Assembly (NCBI GenBank): GCA_963827235.1
Contig: CAWHAE010000016.1
Coordinates: forward strand, 1-64,000
Length of the DNA stretch: 64,000 bases
Direction of reading: 5' to 3'
Origin: an uncultured bacterium
GTDB taxonomy: Bacteria; Chloroflexota; UBA5177; JANWHV01
The position numbers and the translations under genes were made by a program. The notes below the pieces were generated by a model that made no database searches, was not told the origin of the DNA, and saw only the letters and a program-made list of their open reading frames with translations. This document shows, in pieces, positions 61,034 to 64,000 of this stretch (the first letter of the stretch is position 1; the number at the start of each line of letters is the position of its first letter).

Positions 61034-62326
61034 TCACTCGGAGAGCTGGCCTCGCGCGGCGCCCTTTAGAAAGTCAGGCGACGTATGCACGTTGACATAG
61101 AAGCTGCTCGGCTGCTGCAAGATCATGGCAGTCAGACTGCCGGAGATCACCATGCAGCCGTTGGAGGCGCCGAGAGTCGGGGCCATGAACTGAACGACCA
61201 CGCTACCCGACTGATGCGCAGCTCCCTGGTGGATGTGCGCCATCATCGGCGTGCCCGGCAGCCCTCCCACGGCAATCGAGTAGCACAGGCGGTGCGTGCG
61301 CGCGTCGAGCAGCAGCTCGGCCGTGCCGCCGCCGGCAGCTGCACCCGGGCCCGGCACCTCGTTGGCGCCCTTCAGCTGAGCGTAAAGGGCGATGTCGTCG
61401 CCGTCGGTCGGCGAAGCCAGGAAGCCCACGGTGTTGCCTGCCACGTCGGTGAAAAAGCCGACGAACCGGCCGCTATCGTTGATCCCGTTGATCACCGTCG
61501 ATGTTGAGCCGGGCACGTCGATACTTTCGAACTTGCCTTTCTGATAGAGGAAGCCGTGGGTATTTCCGGCGGCATCGTTATAGGTGCCGACGATCTGGCC
61601 GTGGTTGTTCTCGCCGAACGGCTGCGTGAACGTCGATCCGGGATAGTCCAGAGTGGACTCATGCCCGTTCTGCCAGAGGAACCCATTGGACGTGGTGGAG
61701 ATCGGCTGCGTGAAGCCGATGACGGCTCCGGAGTCGTCGATCCCGGTGGCGGTGCTGTTGGCTATTGGCAGGACCAAGAACGAGCCATCAGACTCGTACA
61801 CGTAGGCATGCGACGTCCCGCCGGCGTCCTGGTAGAAGCCGGCCGCCTGGCCGCGGTTGTTCAGGCCAAGAATCTGGTTGAAGGTCGTGCCGGGCAGATC
61901 GACGGTGCTGAACATCCCACCGGCATTGACGAAGCCGTGTGTCGCCTTGGCCCTATCGACATAGAATCCTGCCGTCGCGCCCTGATTGTTGATTGCGATG
62001 ACCTGCGTTTGGGTGGAGTCCGGGTAGTTTTCATCGGCGAATCTGCTTGGCGGATTGAGCGTGAAGCCCTTGTTCGGATGAAGGGTGCCGTTGACGGCCT
62101 CTCCGCTGCCGAAGTATCCGGCGATGGCCAGGCGCTGATTAATGCCAAGCAACTGCGTGAAGGTCGTGTCCTCCGGGCTGGCGACGAGCAAGAAGCTGTA
62201 CTTGGCGGGCGCCATGCCTGCCTGCTGCCCTTCGTGCGCAGCCACGCTGCCAGCCTGGCCGGCAAGAATGCCGGCCGCGAGGGCGAGCGCGCCCAGCGGC
62301 GTTCCAATTGAGCCGAGGTTGAACAT
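61034..62326 (-). CDS. Secreted HAF-like repeat protein with a C-terminal CHRD domain
   Basis: GIN..G...G.Y.D...HGF repeats; AHIH.G, YVNVHT, RGQL. Confidence 0.8.
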   Translation of the reverse strand: MFNLGSIGTPLGALALAAGILAGQAGSVAAHEGQQAGMAPAKYSFLLVASPEDTTFTQLLGINQRLAIAGYFGSGEAVNGTLHPNKGFTLNPPSRFADENYPDSTQTQVIAINNQGATAGFYVDRAKATHGFVNAGGMFSTVDLPGTTFNQILGLNNRGQAAGFYQDAGGTSHAYVYESDGSFLVLPIANSTATGIDDSGAVIGFTQPISTTSNGFLWQNGHESTLDYPGSTFTQPFGENNHGQIVGTYNDAAGNTHGFLYQKGKFESIDVPGSTSTVINGINDSGRFVGFFTDVAGNTVGFLASPTDGDDIALYAQLKGANEVPGPGAAAGGGTAELLLDARTHRLCYSIAVGGLPGTPMMAHIHQGAAHQSGSVVVQFMAPTLGASNGCMVISGSLTAMILQQPSSFYVNVHTSPDFLKGAARGQLSE

Positions 62327-62668
62327 CTGTCTGTGACTCCCTTGCCCTGTTGGGCTCTGTCCCCGCAACTTTGCTCCGGGGTTACGTGTGACAGGCCGCG
62401 CGACCTGTCATGTTTCCAAGTATGGATGCGCCCGCCACGATACTCCACGCACAGCACCCTGACAACACCCGTACAATGTCCAAGTCACGTGAGTTCGCAG
62501 CACTACACGGTCCCGGCGTTCCGACCTGAGCCGGGACCGTGTCTATGTTGGATCCCGCTGTCGATCTATCCTTTCTGGGATGGATCACATGAGGATCGCC
62601 GCGCGGCAGGCCCTCTGTGAGCAGGCCTGCGGACGCGGGGTCCTGCCGATCTCAGACTCGGGAGGGAA

Positions 62669-63820
62669 GTGATGGCGGCACGCGACATCGTGGCGGCGAG
62701 TGGACCACGGAAGCTTCTGGCAATCGACGGCGGAGGGATTCGCGGCGTCCTGAGCGTCGAAGTGCTCATGGAAATCGAGAAGGTCGCGCGCCGGGCCTAC
62801 GGCAAGTCCGATCTTGTACTCTCGGACTGCTTCGACTACTTTGCCGGGACGAGCACGGGAGCGATCATCGCAACGGCCCTGGCAATCGGTATGCCCGTGG
62901 ACGAGATCCGCAGCCTGTACGAGGAGAGCGGGCCGCTGATGTTCAGCCCGGCTCGTATTCGGGACCGGCTGCGCTTTCAGTACGACGACGAACCGCTGGC
63001 TGCCATCCTCAAGCGCAGGCTGGGTGCGGAGACCACACTGGGCAGCGACAACGTGCGCACGCTGCTGCTGCTCATGCTGCGCGACGCCACAACCGACTCG
63101 CCCTGGCCGGTGTCGAACAACCCCGCGGCCAGGTTCAACGACCCCAGCGTGCCGTCATGCAACCTCCGATTCCCCCTGTGGCAGCTTGTCCGCGCCAGCA
63201 CCGCTGCACCGCTCTTCTTCCCGCCGGAGCAGATCACCGTGGACGGGCACGACCACGTTTTCGTGGACGGCAGCCTTACTCCATACGCGAATCCCGCCTT
63301 CCAACTATTCCTCATGGCAACGGTCGACGCCTACCGGCTGAGCTGGCCGTGCGGCGAGGATGAGATGCTTCTCGTCTCAGTGGGCACCGGCATGCCGTCG
63401 CGAGCCGAGCCGGATCTCGTGCCAGAACACATGACGCTGCTCTACCACGCGACGAGCGTGCCTCAGGCCATGCTCGCGGCCACCATCGTGCAGCAGGACA
63501 TGCTGTGCAGGGTGTTTGGCCGCTGCAAAGCCGGCTACCCGATTGACGCCGAGATCGACGATCTGGCTCGCAGCCGTGGACCAGTCGAGCCCAAGCTGTT
63601 TACGTACCTGCGGTACGACATCGAGATGTCACGCGAGATACTGGACAGCTTCGGCCTGCACCACGTACGGGATCTGGAGCGACTGCGTCATCCCAACGCG
63701 GTGCACGCAATTGCCGACCTGCAAGCAATCGGGAAGGCACTGGCTAGCACGGTGGTCCCCGAGCACTTCGCCGGTTTCTTTCCAGACTGCACGCGGGTAG
63801 CGTCGACTTGTATACCATAG
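62669..63820 (+). CDS. Patatin-like phospholipase
   Basis: DGGGIRG, GTSTG, ASTAAP, VDG. Confidence 0.9.
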   Translation: MMAARDIVAASGPRKLLAIDGGGIRGVLSVEVLMEIEKVARRAYGKSDLVLSDCFDYFAGTSTGAIIATALAIGMPVDEIRSLYEESGPLMFSPARIRDRLRFQYDDEPLAAILKRRLGAETTLGSDNVRTLLLLMLRDATTDSPWPVSNNPAARFNDPSVPSCNLRFPLWQLVRASTAAPLFFPPEQITVDGHDHVFVDGSLTPYANPAFQLFLMATVDAYRLSWPCGEDEMLLVSVGTGMPSRAEPDLVPEHMTLLYHATSVPQAMLAATIVQQDMLCRVFGRCKAGYPIDAEIDDLARSRGPVEPKLFTYLRYDIEMSREILDSFGLHHVRDLERLRHPNAVHAIADLQAIGKALASTVVPEHFAGFFPDCTRVASTCIP

Positions 63821-63883
63821 CAGGGTATGGTACGCTGAGGTACACCCGATCACCGATACTCCACTGAACGCGAGGGTCAACCA

Positions 63884-64000
63884 ATGAGTGAACACGTTAT
63901 CTCCACCGACGACCAGGGATTCGAGAAGGCCGTGCTGCAGTCGACCTTGCCGGTGCTCGTCGACTTCTGGGCACCGTGGTGCGGGCCGTGCCGAATGGTA
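63884..64000 (+). CDS. trxA: Thioredoxin (partial, runs off the window)
   Basis: [15 protein letters not shown]. Confidence 0.92.
   Translation, partial: MSEHVISTDDQGFEKAVLQSTLPVLVDFWAPWCGPCRMV

Noticed and set aside
62669-63820. Patatin as a CBASS CapV effector
   Set aside because: No CD-NTase nearby; flanked by trxA

Overview
High-GC bacterial chromosome window; the gene content suggests Chloroflexota or a related lineage (inference). Bases 1-17712 form a nested accessory region abutting the 3' end of tRNA-Ile2(CAT). It holds: (i) a small integrase/xis/Rad52-like/SWIM element with a (GCTGAGG)n array at the 5' end of the SWIM gene; (ii) a secreted phospholipase D gene split at its first catalytic HKD histidine by a 6.4-kb Tn554-type tnpABC element carrying an 8-repeat YVTN beta-propeller; (iii) a defence-like block (pentapeptide/TIR-like/DUF4351-like fusion, AAA+ ATPase, TIR protein) beside a second integrase. 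The rest is mostly core genome: a Phe T-box, DUF62 SAM hydrolase, pheST, rsfS, mutS2, a B3/4-editing-domain TyrRS fusion, tRNA-Gln, glmU-prs, MMPL/TetR, a polysaccharide cluster, nitrite/sulfite reductase, VIT1, patatin and partial trxA. Two intergenic regions look like structured RNAs. Scattered frameshifts suggest some assembly indel errors. All calls come from reading motifs by eye; no database searches were run.
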